In this document: positions 38,001 through 51,756 of the stretch, in pieces
How the letters are laid out: each line of letters starts with the position of its first letter
Position numbering within the stretch: position 1 is the stretch's first letter
From: Vermamoeba vermiformis
Taxonomy: Eukaryota
Direction of reading: 5' to 3'
DNA length: 64,000 nt
Assembly (NCBI GenBank): GCA_045837725.1
Contig: JBEWZL010000292.1
Coordinates: 62,001-126,000, forward strand
The notes under the pieces: generated by a model
The model's database searches: none
What the model saw: only the letters and a program-made list of their open reading frames with translations
What the model was told of the DNA's origin: nothing
Position numbers and translations under genes: made by a program

Positions 38001-41000
38001 ATTGACTGCTCACTTTCTTCGCGCACCCATCGTTCAATCCAATCTATCATTCGTTAGCATCGAAATTATTATGTGAGGCTTGTGGACGTACCAGTGTCAC
38101 CAATCTTAAACAATAGCGGGAAGGGAGGCTGACGCCAATTGGTCACAAATTGTTTCGCGTGTCCTAGTGCCTCCTCGTAGCGATATTGGACAAAAGTTTG
38201 CAAGAACTTGATCCAGTGCACCATTAAATGACCAGGCTCGAATAATTGGAATGCTCGCTGATGCAATTAAGTTAGCTTGGTCCATGCATGTTAATAATTC
38301 TAAATTACTTACGAGCAGGTGAATGAACTGTTTCTTGACGCACAGAATTGAGATCAATCGGCCAAGCGTGTCTAACGAGTCTAAGGACCACACGACTTTC
38401 TTGCCTTGAGTGAGGATTGTTTTTTCTTTGTTTTTTCGTTTCAATATCGTTGGAGACTCGTTGCTTTCAGTTGCTGAGGTGTCAAATGCCTTGAAGTAAT
38501 CCGTTGGGAATGAGGCGTAGAGCCACACAATCATGCAGTTGAGCGGTGTCACATCGGGGAAGCACTGTGCAATCACGGCGAGCAATGGTCTGCGTAGCTT
38601 TTGTGCGTACTTCAAGAGAGCCTCGCCAGGGTGCACTTGATTGCGCGCTTGATTGATGAGTTCGAAGAGATCGCTGCTTTGCGCCTCTTCCTCGTTCTCT
38701 TGAGTGACAAACGAACCTCTTTCTGCCTCCATTTGTTTGACACACGTAATCAAGTGCTGACGAAGGTTCACATCCGTGAAATATTTGTTAACAATGCGCA
38801 GCACTTGGTCTCCCGGGTAATGCAGGACTTGTGCCTCGTACAAGAACCGAACCCAGTCGTTTTGTTGCGCAAGTTCAATGAGTGGTGCATCGTTGAGAGT
38901 TAGTTTGTGGACACGACAGAATTGTGTGACGAGGTGCCATTTGTTGTTCAGTTTCAGCACCTGATCATCAGTGTTGGACTCAGTCTTGTCATCACTGACA
39001 TGCTCCTCAGGTTGTGGCATTGCCGCTGTGCTTTCTTCCAATTGCACCAAGATCTCTTTGAGGGTCTGATCACCTTGATCTTTGCTGATTGACAAGAACG
39101 GCAAGATGACTTCTTCGAGTATCTGCTCGTTAGGTCCCTCGTCCATTTTAACTTGTTGAAGTGCCGCTTTGAATTGATAAATGCGTCTAGCAGCCTCAAT
39201 GTCAATGGTGAGCTCTTCATTGCTCATGTCACACAGTTCTAAGAAGCTGACACACGCTGCTACTACTGTGTCGTCAAACATGTGCAAGAAGGCTGTCACT
39301 TTGACTACTTTCATCAGCAACATCATTTCTTCAATCGACAATGACGTCGATTTGTTATTACCCTCGTCGAGTTCATCTTGTTGCAATGCAGCACGTCCTT
39401 TGCTCATCAACAGGTGGTAAGCGTGGAATGGCTGACCATTGACGAGGTAATAGGGAATGTCAATGTTGTCCACAAAGCGCTCTGAGTCAAATTCGGCGTC
39501 ATTGAACGAGAGTACTTTAGTTGTGGCGTCCTTGTTTGGCTGTAAGATCTTGTCGACGCTGAATGGCTCATTTTGAAGTAAGGCATAGAGGTTGACGTCG
39601 CGTCTTCCAGAGAGCAGATTTAGCCTTCGAGTGGGCGTGATAATCGCTGAAATATCGTGCGATTTCTTCTTTGATTTGTTGTCTGTTTCGGGGAAGAAGA
39701 CCTCGCGCAAGAGCGGGTATTTCTTGAGGAAGTCATTCATTTGTGCCTTGTCAACGTAATGCACATCACCTTTGCCTGCATTCCAAATATCTACAGTGCG
39801 TTAGACATGATTAACTATTTCAAGTGATGATCTTACCTCTCAGTTGCATGGGAGCGTACATCAAAGTGCTCAATGCCATCAGTGGTCTCTTCTCACGGGA
39901 TTGAGAAGCAAACATTGAATTGACGGAGAACGACTTGTCTTTGTTGGCGGGCACTTTGAACCAAGCCTTGGCATTGAGAATCGAAAGTTCAAAGAGATTC
40001 TTGTGTGCTCTGAATGAGAACAACAACCTCGCCCAGCGTCGATTGACATCTTGATCTAACGGCGTGTCAAACAGTTTGTTGAGCTCCACGATCATTTCGT
40101 TAACTTGTTCTTCTGTGGTCGCCAATTGATACGTGTCCAAGTACGCAGTCAAGATAGAATAGAACTCGTTGAGAATGCAGTAACGAACAAAGAGCACGTG
40201 TAAAGGGGCAATGTGACCATAGGGCAACATCTGATCTGGCGAAATTCTTCGGTGCTTGGAGCCATCTACATCCCCAAATAGTTGATTCACTTTGGCCAGT
40301 CGTTCTAACATTGGAGGCAATAGCTTGGTCTTCGAACCACTGAATGTAGCATCTGTTTCCTCTTTAGTAAAGATGCCTACTGCAGCTAATTCATTGTACA
40401 ACATTTCTTTGACAAATCCCTGGTATTAAGTCAATACAAAGTCATAGTAATAGTAAGTTGCACTTACAGCTGCAGAGCGAATCTCATGAGGCAAAACCTC
40501 TTCGATTAATTTAATCAAATCCACGCGAGGTTTATCGTCCTCATCGTCTTCGGCTTGTTTGCGCCCTAACTTTCCTTTAGCATTGACAAAGTAACCAGCC
40601 AAGTTTATGTCGTGTACCCAAGAAGCCAGCTTGCGCCACATGTTGTGCGAGAGGTAAAATGAAAGTTGACTGATGAAGTCTTTCTCTTGCTTGTCTTGAG
40701 TGAACTCCCCGCGCGTGCTGGTGTCCGTCATTAAAGCAGCCTCAACGATGACACGTAACTTAGTTTGCAGGTCCCATTGGTCAATCCAGGTCAAGCGCCA
40801 TTGACCATATGTTGCAGATTCATTTGAGTCTTGCAGCGCATTTCCAGCGTCGTTTGTGTTGACTTCAGTGCCTGCACTGCGTAATTCTGACTGGATCTTT
40901 GGTGGCAAATCGTCCAAGGTCTTCAAGTCAGTAGTCTGTTGTTCCGACGTGACTTTCGGTTGTTGTTTTAAAGCAGCCAACCGCGCAATATCGTACTTGT

Positions 41001-43935
41001 GGTTGGGATAGAACTGCTCCAATTGGTGCAAGAATCCTAGAAAGAAAGAAAAATTAGAATTAATTGGTTGAGATAGTTGGGTACATACTGATGAGCTCTT
41101 GATCGTGTTCACTGAGTTTGTTGTTATCGTTCAAATACGTCAGAAGAACATTGCGCACATCTCGGCGTGATGTTTTCCACGCAATATTTTTAAAGTGCGA
41201 ATCGACGTCTTCTCCAATGCTGTTGATCATCTTTCTAGCCAATTCAAACTGATTCTGACACACTGCATGATAAATGACTGGTTCGCTGATTCGCTTCAAA
41301 TAGTTGAAGTCAATATCTACCACGGCACCACTGCGTGTCATGTCGGTCATTGTTCGGCCTTGGCTTTGATAGCGCCATTTTAAGTAACTCAATGCCAAAG
41401 ACGGGTTGCAATTGACGAGGGCGTGTTGCACAATCTGTACGTCACTTTGTCGCTCCCAAAGATGTCGATAATTACCGAAGCTGAGAGCCAGTTCGTCCAA
41501 GTCCTCCAATGACTGAGATGAGGCCAGTTCACGTGCTGCCTCTTCTTCTTCATCTCGTTCTTTGACTTGAGGAGTTCTAGTTGGACTTGAAGGTTGATCG
41601 TTCGTGTCATCTTCGTCACGCGGAGGTGTTACAGGAGCTGAAGGGTAGTCTTCGAGGTCGGTGGGTGACGTGCCTGATTCGAACAAGACACGTGGGCGAA
41701 TGCGACCAAGTCTGCTGACCTGCTCAGTCTCATCTCTGCTCTTTCTTTTGCTCTTGGCCACGCTCCAAGGACTGTACAAAATATCGTCGGTCGCGACAGT
41801 TTTGCTCATACTGAGGTGTCGGAGATTGATTTTGAATTGACGCAGTTCGTCCAGTACTTTTGATATGGTCATCATTTCTCCGTACAAATCTTGATCGACT
41901 TGCGACGTTGAAGAAGACACGGCGAGTCTGCTGATGGCCTGTGAGGACTTTTGATCGATGATTAGACTGACAAAGTTCATGCCAATGCGCAGCAGTTGAT
42001 CCCAAAACACTTCGTCTTGCACGGTCATTGTGTGTTGCTTGATGAAGTCGAGCAGAATATGACCGCCTGTCAATTGTTGGTCCGGATCTAGACTTTGTAG
42101 CACAGGTTCAATGACATCAAGTTGTCGATATCTAGCCAGTTGTTAGCAAGACACGTCGAGGTGTAATGATTTCAGTATTACCTGAGACCCATCTTGAGTG
42201 CGTGTAGCCGAAGCGTTCGACGATCCCATGAATTTAACTCGTACAATCGTTCGGCAAGAATAGGCGTTGTAAATATGATCAAATCATTGGTGATCTTTGA
42301 GCGAGTACGATCCATGCACAGAACGCACAACGACGACTCATCGATGAAGTAAAACATCATTCGACCAGGCACTCTCAGAGGTACGCTTTTTTGCAGTTCC
42401 AAAGAGTGTGCATCGCCCTAGTGTCTGTTAGAACACTCGTGATTTGATATTGCACTTACGTTTTCACGGCTATAGAAGCAACAAGTGACCGTCGTTTCAG
42501 ATCTAACAACGATTACAATGTGCGTCGCATTCACTTCAACACTTTCAACTTTTCCATCAACCAGAGCAGGTAGGAGTTGAGCTGATTGTGAGATATTTTT
42601 GGGTTGTGGTGTTTTTCTGGCGTTCCAACCGTTGAGAGCTAGATTGGGACGAATCTCATTATCACCAATATAAATAGATGACGTGTTGTAGACATATTTC
42701 GGCATATTGAAGTGAACTGGACGCAGTGGTTTCCAAGGTCTAGGCAATGAAGCTGGTCTGGGTTTAGAGCTGTCAAACCACCGCAACAGCGACGTGTCAG
42801 AGGATGTGTTGTCATCATGCGAATCATCGTCGTCTGTGCGTGGAAGATCTTTCCAATTCGCTGGTTGTTCTCTGAACAGCACATCAAGGGCGATTGACAA
42901 GACAGAGCCACGTGATGTTACGGCGACGAGAGTGCTCAAATCTTGCGACACCGAGAACGTGACGTACTCTGATTTTGACAGTTAATCATTAGTGTCATTA
43001 GTGTATAGAACTTACCATTGCTAGCAGTAAGCTGATTGGGAGTTTTGATGTTGTTCAATTCGACCGCTCCACGCTGTGCACCGCTCGTGTTAAATATCAC
43101 TGTCAACAGTTAAGGAATAAATACCAAGAGTGTAAAATAAGAGTGTATATATTAAAATAAATTGTTAATAGGATACAGACTCGATTAGTTGACTCCAAGA
43201 AGAATATCCAACTCTCGTGCAATGTAGCAGCAATTATTTTGGCCTTTGCGTCTTCGGTGCGAATGACTGATTTGACGCGCAAAATGTCCTCGAATATTTG
43301 AAGTACAAGCAGCGTATTGTGATTGAGATGCAGTAGTATGTAGTGTTGATTGCATCCTATCAATTTAACTGACGATATGGCTTCGACTTGGTTTGCTATT
43401 CAATCAATTAATAAACGAAATGTTGCGAGAAAAATCAAATGTTACCTTCTTGATATAAGTAATTGCCCAATATTTTTTCTACATTAACCATGGGTATCTT
43501 GTATCTCAATACTGCATTGTCACTATTTTTTCTGAATTCTATGATTTTCTCTGAGTAATTTTCTGCTTGGGCAAGATCATCGATTAAAATTGGTCGCACT
43601 GTCGTATCCTCGTCGAAGATAATGACATTATTCTTCGTGAAAAATTGATGAATAATTATAGCACCGGATTTGACTTGAGTGACAAGGAGTATACACGAAG
43701 ATATTGCCGATCTAATCCACTCGTAACGTTCGCACTTCTTTATTTCAATCTGCTTAGCCAATTGAATGTCATCTTCAATATTTCCTAGCTTATATAGACT
43801 AAGTTTATCTTCCAATGACTTAAACGCAATGAATGACAGATCGGGCGAAAGCTGAGCAGACGTGAAGTCCAAAATCGGAAGTTTTCGTGTGAACTTGCGC
43901 AATATTAGCGCGGTATGCTTTTCGGTGTCATTCAT
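35085..43935 (-). CDS. SPG11: Spatacsin (SPG11), multi-exon
   Basis: WHLVTQFCRVH...LAQQNDWVRFLYEAQ, EVDLLIRAHFCF, LLVRLITG..EY..MQYILDLL...FEMLL and ECLVIANAY..W. Confidence 0.9.
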
Positions 43936-44081
43936 TGTGCCATCATTCCGCTAATGATAAAAGAAAAAAATGTCGCTGTTACCAAAATTAATGGTTCCCG
44001 CGCTTTTTTTGCCCAAGGTTTTTAAATCACGTTATTCGCTGTTAGGAGGAATAAAAATACCACAATACAAGAATCATCAAA

Positions 44082-46055
44082 ATGGAGCATAGAGAGTCAA
44101 TACAAATAAGGCTGAGTAAGTTGAAGATCGCTCATGAAGTTTGTTTCTCATCCCTCAATGTAGGTGAATTTGACGCCAGCAAGGCACCTATTGAGTCGGT
44201 TAATATTGGCAGAAAATGTGGCCGTATTATGGTTACGGCAAGCGATAACACAATTAATGTTTGGTCTGTCGGAAAGCGCGATCCATTATTTGTGAGTAAT
44301 TACTACCCTTTTGCCTCGAATATAATTAATAATCATTAAAATATTCCAGCATTTTACAAATACACAGAAGGTTATGTGGGCGGACTTCGATCCTCGCGAA
44401 CAATACGTTGTCAGCGTCGATGAAAGTTCTATCAAATTGTGGGATTTAGAGCAAAGCACAAGTAAGTATTTGGGTTGTCTAACGATAACACTAACCCTTT
44501 ATTAGTCGCAAGAACAATCGATTTCTCAAACAAAATTAAAATGAGCGCCACGAAGCGAAACAACTTGGCTTATCATCCATTCGCCCACATTGTTGCTGTA
44601 CGATTCGAGGATTCGCCCGTGCAGATATGGGACTTTAAGGTATTAAAAATAAAGCCTTTTAACTCCCTTTCTAACTTTCCGTCAGTCTCGCACACTGTTA
44701 CAGACCTTGCCCGAGTCAACTGGCACGGGTCCCATTACCTTCTCGCCCGATGGTCGTTGGATTTGCGTCGCGAACAATACGGCAGTAAGCGTGTGGGACA
44801 TCACCACCGCACAGGTTGTGTTCACGCAGCAGCTCTCTACTGCCATCACTAGTGCAGTATTTAGCCCTACTCAAATTGCTCTCGTCCTTGCCACTCAATC
44901 TGGCGCCGTTGAGGTTTGGGACTTGGTGAACAACAAGCAGCTGAGCGAGGCAGTTCAAGAAGCACACGCTGAGCCTGTCACTTCTCTGGCTTTCAATTTG
45001 GAAAACACTCTTATTATTGGACAGACTGCTACTGGTGTCAAAGCCTTTGAGTGGCCTTCAGGTCAATGCGTGGATCAAATCACCATCGAGCACGATGAGT
45101 GGAAGACAATCGGTGAGCTGACACGTGTCCCGAGCTCACCTTATTTGATTGGTTGTGCTGTCAAAGAGAATAAGAGTGCTGCATGGGTTATCGATGCTTC
45201 AGTAAGTCTATCAATCATGTGATGTTATTTGACTAACGCGTATCAGAAATTCATGTCTGCGAGTGCCAACGAAACAGCCGATGCTGCAGGTGCAGAAGAT
45301 TTTGCAGTCAATAACTCACAGGACGAGACTTCTCAAGACGAAGAGGTTTCAGCTGCTGGTGCCTCCAAAGAGACACGGGCCAATGACGACATTGCTGAGG
45401 ATTTGCTCGAGGAGAGCTACGAGGTCTATGCCAACCTTACCACTCGTGCCACTAACTTGCGTGCCCTGCGATCATTGTGGAGTTCTAGAGTACGTACGAT
45501 AATTAGCGATGACGCCCAAACTGACGCATAATCAGGGCTCAGTTAAGTCATGCTTGGAAATGATCAACAAGTCCAATGATTCATTCATTCTGCACGACAT
45601 TATTCACAACGACGTCTTGTCGGTCACCCGAGCGGAATTGACTGTTGAAGACTGTTTGTTGTTGCTGCATCAACTCAAGCTGCTGCTGGGCTCGCAAGTT
45701 GATGAGTAAGTGCCCTTTTGACATACCATAACACTCACTAACACCTCCTCAGTCACATTCTGTCCTCGCTGAAGATGCTCAAAGAAATGGTCAAGACACA
45801 CGGGGCTGCCATCAAATCAGGCAAAGAAGCCATGATGAACTTGAGCGAAGACGACAAGTAAGACATTATCATTGTATCGTCGTGGCACGTGTACTAATTA
45901 CTGCCAACAGACAAACACAAGCGCGCAACATGTCATTCTACGAGAACTTTGTGGGCATTCGACGTCTGTTGCTGCAGCTGAAGAAAAAGAGCGGTGTCGT
46001 GAGCACTGCTTCCAAAGAGCTCTCTGACGACATTAACACTGCTATCAGTGCTTAA
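44082..46055 (+). CDS. KATNB1: Katanin p80 (KATNB1)-like WD40 protein, divergent, multi-exon
   Basis: N-terminal WD40s (GRKCGRIMVT..INVWSVGK; FSPDGRWI) and a con80-like C-terminus (LTTRATNLRALRSLW...LTVEDCLLLLHQLKLLL). Confidence 0.75.
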
Positions 46056-46265
46056 GTGCATAATTATAGCGGCATTGTATTCTTCTAGGTGTATTATAAT
46101 AAAGTTCGTTAAATATTTTCGTGGGCTGTAGATCCGCGCAATCAATTGATTATAGCAATAACAATAGATTCCTTTATACAAAATATTTACAGTGGTACAA
46201 TTATTAGAATCTTGCTAATTGCTAATTCGAACCAAATAGTAGTCCGAACAGATTCGCTTGCTAAT

Positions 46266-47302
46266 TCACATAACGACGCATCGTCCTTTAGGCTCTTCAG
46301 TGGCTGTGGGCATGCCTAGTTCTTTTTGAATCTCTTCTGTTAAAGATAAAAACACGCGTGCTAAATGAAAATTTGTTGGTTAGATCTAGCCCCTTCAACG
46401 CATAGAAATTCGTTTCAATTTGACTTACCAATATTTTCGTCATTTTTCGCCGATGTCTCTACAAAAGCACAGCCCCATTTAGCTGCGAGTGCTTGGCCTT
46501 CTTCGGTTGAAATTTGTCTATTGAACGATTAGATCGTGTTCCAATAAAGATTTCTGTGTCGTTTCACAACGACAAAAATCAATAAATGAGCAAATAAAAA
46601 ATATTCTTCGGTTGAAAATCTATCGAATAAGCAAGCACAAATATAGGAAGCAATTTCAGATGGCATCGTGCCTTATGTCGAAGCGACGAATTTTCGCTTA
46701 CCTTTCATATGTTAAGTCTTTCTTATTTCCAACTAATACGCGAGGGACTTTATCTGTTCCCAAAGCATTCAAAATTTTTTCGTTAATGATCTTGACCATT
46801 TCAAAAGACGTCTTGGAAGTGACTGCATAAACTAATACATAGCCGTGAATTCCAACTGCATATTGCCGTTGAAAAATTGAATATTCATCCTGGAAATGAA
46901 AATTAGTCCCATGTCCATAAACCCAGCGGGATCGAATGTTTTTACGAACAATACTGTCAACCCGAAAAGTAATTAACTTACTTGGCCAGCAGTATCTACA
47001 ATTTCAAGGCCAAATTCTTCTCCTCCGTATTTAATTACTTTGTGGAATGTATTTTCGATTGTCGGATTGTATTGCTCAACAAACTGATTTTCTACAAACT
47101 GTACAGTCACCGTTGATTTGCCTATAAATATTACATTTAAGCGATAGTGCAAATTGAATTGTAAAAGAAATACGGGCGCTCACTTTCCAGATTAAATCTG
47201 GAAAGCAAATCCGGAAAAACAACATTAATTAAAGGTATAAGAACACTTACCAACGGCTCGAAAGCCCATAACAGCTACTTTTCTTTGCTTGTGAGGAGGC
47301 AT
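46266..47302 (-). CDS. RHEB: Rheb small GTPase, multi-exon
   Basis: RKVAVMGFRAVGKS with the diagnostic Arg in the G1 box, YNPTIENTF, DTAGQDEYS, VGNKKDL and CAAX CVVM*. Confidence 0.96.
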
Positions 47303-47550
47303 TTGTGGTTGTGTCTTCTTCGTTGGTTGTGAAAATAAGGTGGAACACAACCCAACTTGAATTTCACTCCGAACTTTGCGATTCACGCGTGGATCTACTT
47401 CTAGAACAGTCTTAAACTCCAAAAGAATAGTCTAAATAAGGGCATGGCTTTTGATCCTACGTGCACGTACGAAAAGAATTGTTTTGACAGTGACATTTAT
47501 TATTCTGAACCAGATCCGCGTACAAGAATGAAAATAAATGACTATTTATA

Positions 47551-50087
47551 TTATTTTTTCCATTGTTTTCCACCTCCCTGCTGGTTACGACCATAAGGGT
47601 TGTCAGCTGAATGGCCCGAAGCACTGTAGTTGCGCTTGTTATTGCTGTCTGTAAGTAGGAAATAATCAATACTATGCACTATGATATGCGAATATAAAGC
47701 ATGTATATTCAAGCACTTACTTGATTTGTTGATGTAAGGACGAGGCTTTTGATCCTTGGATCCGGCGTGCGACAGATCTATTAGAATGAATTGTGAGAAT
47801 GGGCTTGTAATAGCGATGGTCAATTATATGCACATACTTAATTGCACTTTAGGAGGAGTCGAGAAACCAAAAGACTTGGCAACCTTGAGCACATCCAACG
47901 CGTGCACGTTGAAAATGTCTTTGTGCGAGTGCGAGGCATAGGCCATCATATACGATCGATACGCCTCACGCGCTGAGGTGTGCAAGTAATAGTTCTTTTC
48001 AACCAATTTTTCCAGCTGCAAAACAGGTCGTTAGATCGTGTTCAGTGCACGCAATGTACGTCTTCAAATAACACTTACCTGAGCTTGAACATTGGCAATC
48101 TTGCTCTGAGGGAACTCGTATTCATTGAGCGGCACTTTGTTTTGTCGCAAATACTTTAAGAAACCAAGCTCTGAGGGCAACAAGAACAACAAAGCACGAC
48201 CTTTGCCGCCAACACCACGGGCAGTACGACCAACGCGGTGAATGTAGTCGCGAGGATCATCTGGGGGATCGTATTGAATGATCCAATCGACTGCGGGGAT
48301 GTCCAAGCCTCTTGCTGCTACATCCGTGCACAACAAAATTCCGGATGTAGCATTGCAAAACTCGAAAAAGGTCTTTGTTCTCTTCTTTTGTTTTTGTTGG
48401 CCCTAAATATCACGTGGTTAATATTAAGTACTTCTCAATGCTGATAGAAATAGATCCAACTTTTTTTAATGTTAGTACTTACGTGCAAGTCCATGACGGG
48501 CAAGTCAATGTAATTCAACAGCTCGGCATTGAATTTGACCGAGTTGCACGACGAGAAGAAGACGATGATCTTCTTGTTGCGATTCTTCTTCAAGAATGTG
48601 AACAGCAGCAAGAAGCGCAAGTCACTCTCCACGACGACGTAACCTTGTTCGAGACCCTCGACGGTAGCTGTGGTCTTCTTCTCATCAATATGGACTTCAA
48701 AGGGCTTCTTGCGCAATGACAAGCGAGCCAGATCTTGCACGTTTTGATTCATAGTGGCACTGAACAGAATAGTTTGACGCTCAGTGGGCAACAACTTGAT
48801 GATTTGACGCATGTCTTCTTCGAAACCAACTTCTAAAATACGATCAGCCTCGTCGATGATCAAACACTTCAAGTTCTTGAAGACGAAGCCTCGTGTGTTC
48901 TATTCAAAATAAAAAATTAGTTTATCAGATCCAGTTTGAAATCGCCAAGTATGAGTCTTAATTTTGACTCTTTTGTACGATAGTAAATAATATTTACCTG
49001 CAAGTGGTCCAGCAATCGACCAGGTGTAGCAATTACGAGATTGATGCCGTTAGTGAGTCGTTCGGCTTCAGTGGCTCTATTAGCACCACCCATAATGAGG
49101 CCAAAAGTCTGATTGTGGTACTTCAACAGCTCACTCGCCACTCTGTAGGTTTGAAGCGCCAATTCACGGGTAGGACTCAAAATAATAACACCAGTACCTA
49201 AATTGATCATCTTAGTTTCAATATTTTAAGAGGAATTTGATTGCATACCGTTTCTGGGCTTGAATTTAGCCTTGTGTAAGAGTTCAATAGCGGGGATGAG
49301 GAAAGCCAAAGTCTTGCCTGAGCCAGTACGCGCTGAACCGAGCAGATCTTGACCAGTCAACAAAACAGGAATAGATTGAGCCTAAGAGTTTGGTTAATAT
49401 GGATGCATTACTATTTGGCTCGAGCCTTACTTGTACTGCAGTCATTTTCGGGAAGTTCATTTCTTTGATCGCGTTGCGAGTCTGTTCAGACACTTCCAAC
49501 GAGTTGAAGTCGTAGTTGATTTCTTCGGCTTGGGCATCATTGTCATCCATTTGTTCGTCTATTTTGCAATTTATTAGAATTATTGGTTGGATTTATTTTT
49601 TGGATCGCGATCGTTGCTCGATCGAATTGCTTTACCTTTCTGTTCGCTGTTTTCAGGCTTCTCTTGGTTCTCTGAAGTTTCGTCTTTTTCAACAGGGGCA
49701 GGGGCCACTTTTTCCACCTTTTGCTTCTTCGGTGGCGACAACGCATCGTGATCGAGGCTGTCTTCGAGATTTGGCTCGGGTTGCTTTCGTTTCTTATTTA
49801 CTTGCGGTTTTCCATTTGTGTTATTTTTTTGCTCTTGGTGACCGTTAGCACTGCCATTTTCTGTGCAAGTTTGAGAAAATAATTAGATTTAGATCGCGTA
49901 ACGAAAATTAAGTTGACGTTAGAGCAATAATTCCATGAGGCTTACCGATGGGTTGCTTCTTAGGGACAATCTTTTGGGCCTTGGCAGGCGTATTATTTGC
50001 GCTTTTCGCTTGCGGATTTGGATTGCCGTTGTTAGATTTGTTAGGCAAAGGGTTGCTTAGCCGTTTCTTTTTATTATTATCAGCCAT
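47551..50087 (-). CDS. DDX18: DEAD-box RNA helicase DDX18/Has1, multi-exon
   Basis: [61 protein letters not shown] and [14 protein letters not shown]. Confidence 0.96.
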
Positions 50088-50263
50088 ATTGCCTACTCAG
50101 ATCTACATAAACAATGAATGACATCAATTTCCTGTTTGTCCGTTTCCCTTTCTTTTTGGGCTGGATTCCTTCGGACAAAAAATCGGCACACGATTACTTC
50201 TGGGGAGCTCAAAAACTATCAAAGTAAGTAAAATTAAAGCGGAAGTCGTACACAGAAGGGAAA

Positions 50264-51721
50264 ATGGTATTGTTGCAGCAATCAATTGCTTTACAGAATG
50301 GATCTAACGATTACCACAGCACGGCCGAAGAAAAGTCAAGACGACTGAAGATAAAGAGCGAGAACGTCGTGAGATCGAGAAGAAAAAATGCGAACAATAT
50401 GCAAGCTTATTGAATGGCTTTTGGGAGCGCGTAAGTGCCTTACAAGCCATCCAACAATTATTAACACAAAATTATTTGAAAATAATTTACGCAAAATTTC
50501 CTGGTGAGTATTATTAATACTTATCAATAACATTATCCAAATACAGAAAAGTAAAAATGATTTCAGCGAAGAGATGCTGCAACTCACCGAAAAAATTTTG
50601 GATGTCAATACTGAATGCTACACTGTTTGGAATTATCGCCGTACAATTCTCCTAGAGATGGAAAAGTAAGTGCACTCTAAGAGGGCAATGCGTTCATGTT
50701 ACCTCTGCAAGCTCCAGAAGCTCCTTCTGGTACGCGAGGCTAACTACTGCTTGACAGGGTGAAATCTCCCGAAGATATGAAAACCACCTTGAAAGAAGAA
50801 CTCAAATTCTTAGAACGAGCTATTGCACATCATCACAAGTCATATTGGGTGTGGTTCCAACGGATGTGGGTCACTGAACGCATTGAAGTTGATTGGCAGC
50901 GCGAATTAGGACTGTGCGCGCAACTGTTGGACCTTGATGCGAGAAATTGTAAGTGATAACAAGATGATTCGAGTGACACGTGTCGCACAACTTGGTCTCC
51001 TAGTACTAACGCGGATGTGGCACTTGTTGCAGTTCACTGCTGGACATATCGCCGCTACGTCGCTGACAAGGCTAAGATCACGCCAGAAGACGAGCTCAAA
51101 TTTGCAATGAAGAAGATTGAACAGAACTTCTCGAACTACTCGGCCTGGCATCAACGCAGCTATTTGATGCCGCAGTGCTATGAAAAGGACTTGGAGGCTT
51201 TCAAGAACGCAATATTGGGCGGTACGAGCACAACAACAGTCTGACACTATTAGTGCGTTGATACTTAACTACTTAAACAGAGTTTGATCTCGTGAAACAA
51301 GCGTTGTACACCGAGCCCGAAGATCAAAGTGGCTGGTTTTATCACCGCTGGCTCGTGGGTGTTTGTACGATTACAGTGATATTCCGCCTACATTCATATC
51401 ATTAACGCTGTTTTGCAGCTAAGAAGTTGATGAAGACGAGTGACTTCAAAGACTTGTTGCGCAAGGAGCTCGAGACCTTGAACGAACTGCTCGAGTTAGA
51501 GCCCAACAGCAAGTGTACGTTGAAGTCGATTTCTGTGCTGAAAGGTGTTAGTCGCAGCTAATAGTGTTGTTCTAATAGGGACGTTGTTGACCAAAGTGTT
51601 CGTGTTGAATCAACTCGAAGGCAATCAGGCCGAAGTGTTGCAAAGTCTGAAGCGATTGCAAGAGATTGATCCCAAGCACGAGCAGTATTACGCTGATTAT
51701 GCTGCAAAGAGTAATGCTTAG
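50264..51721 (+). CDS. RABGGTA: Rab geranylgeranyltransferase alpha subunit (BET4), multi-exon
   Basis: M|HGRRKV start and PFTA repeats YTVWNYRR, KSYWVWFQRMW, DARNFHCWTYRR, NFSNYSAWHQRS and TEPEDQSGWFYHRW. Confidence 0.93.
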
Positions 51722-51756
51722 AAAGTAAATTTACTGTACATATTAACAATTTATCT

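Noticed and set aside
24721-51721. Endolysosomal gene cluster (CHMP2, VPS8, SPG11, Rheb, RABGGTA) under CLEAR-like control
   Set aside because: The genes are interspersed with unrelated ones, and CACGTG motifs lie mostly in gene bodies rather than in these promoters.
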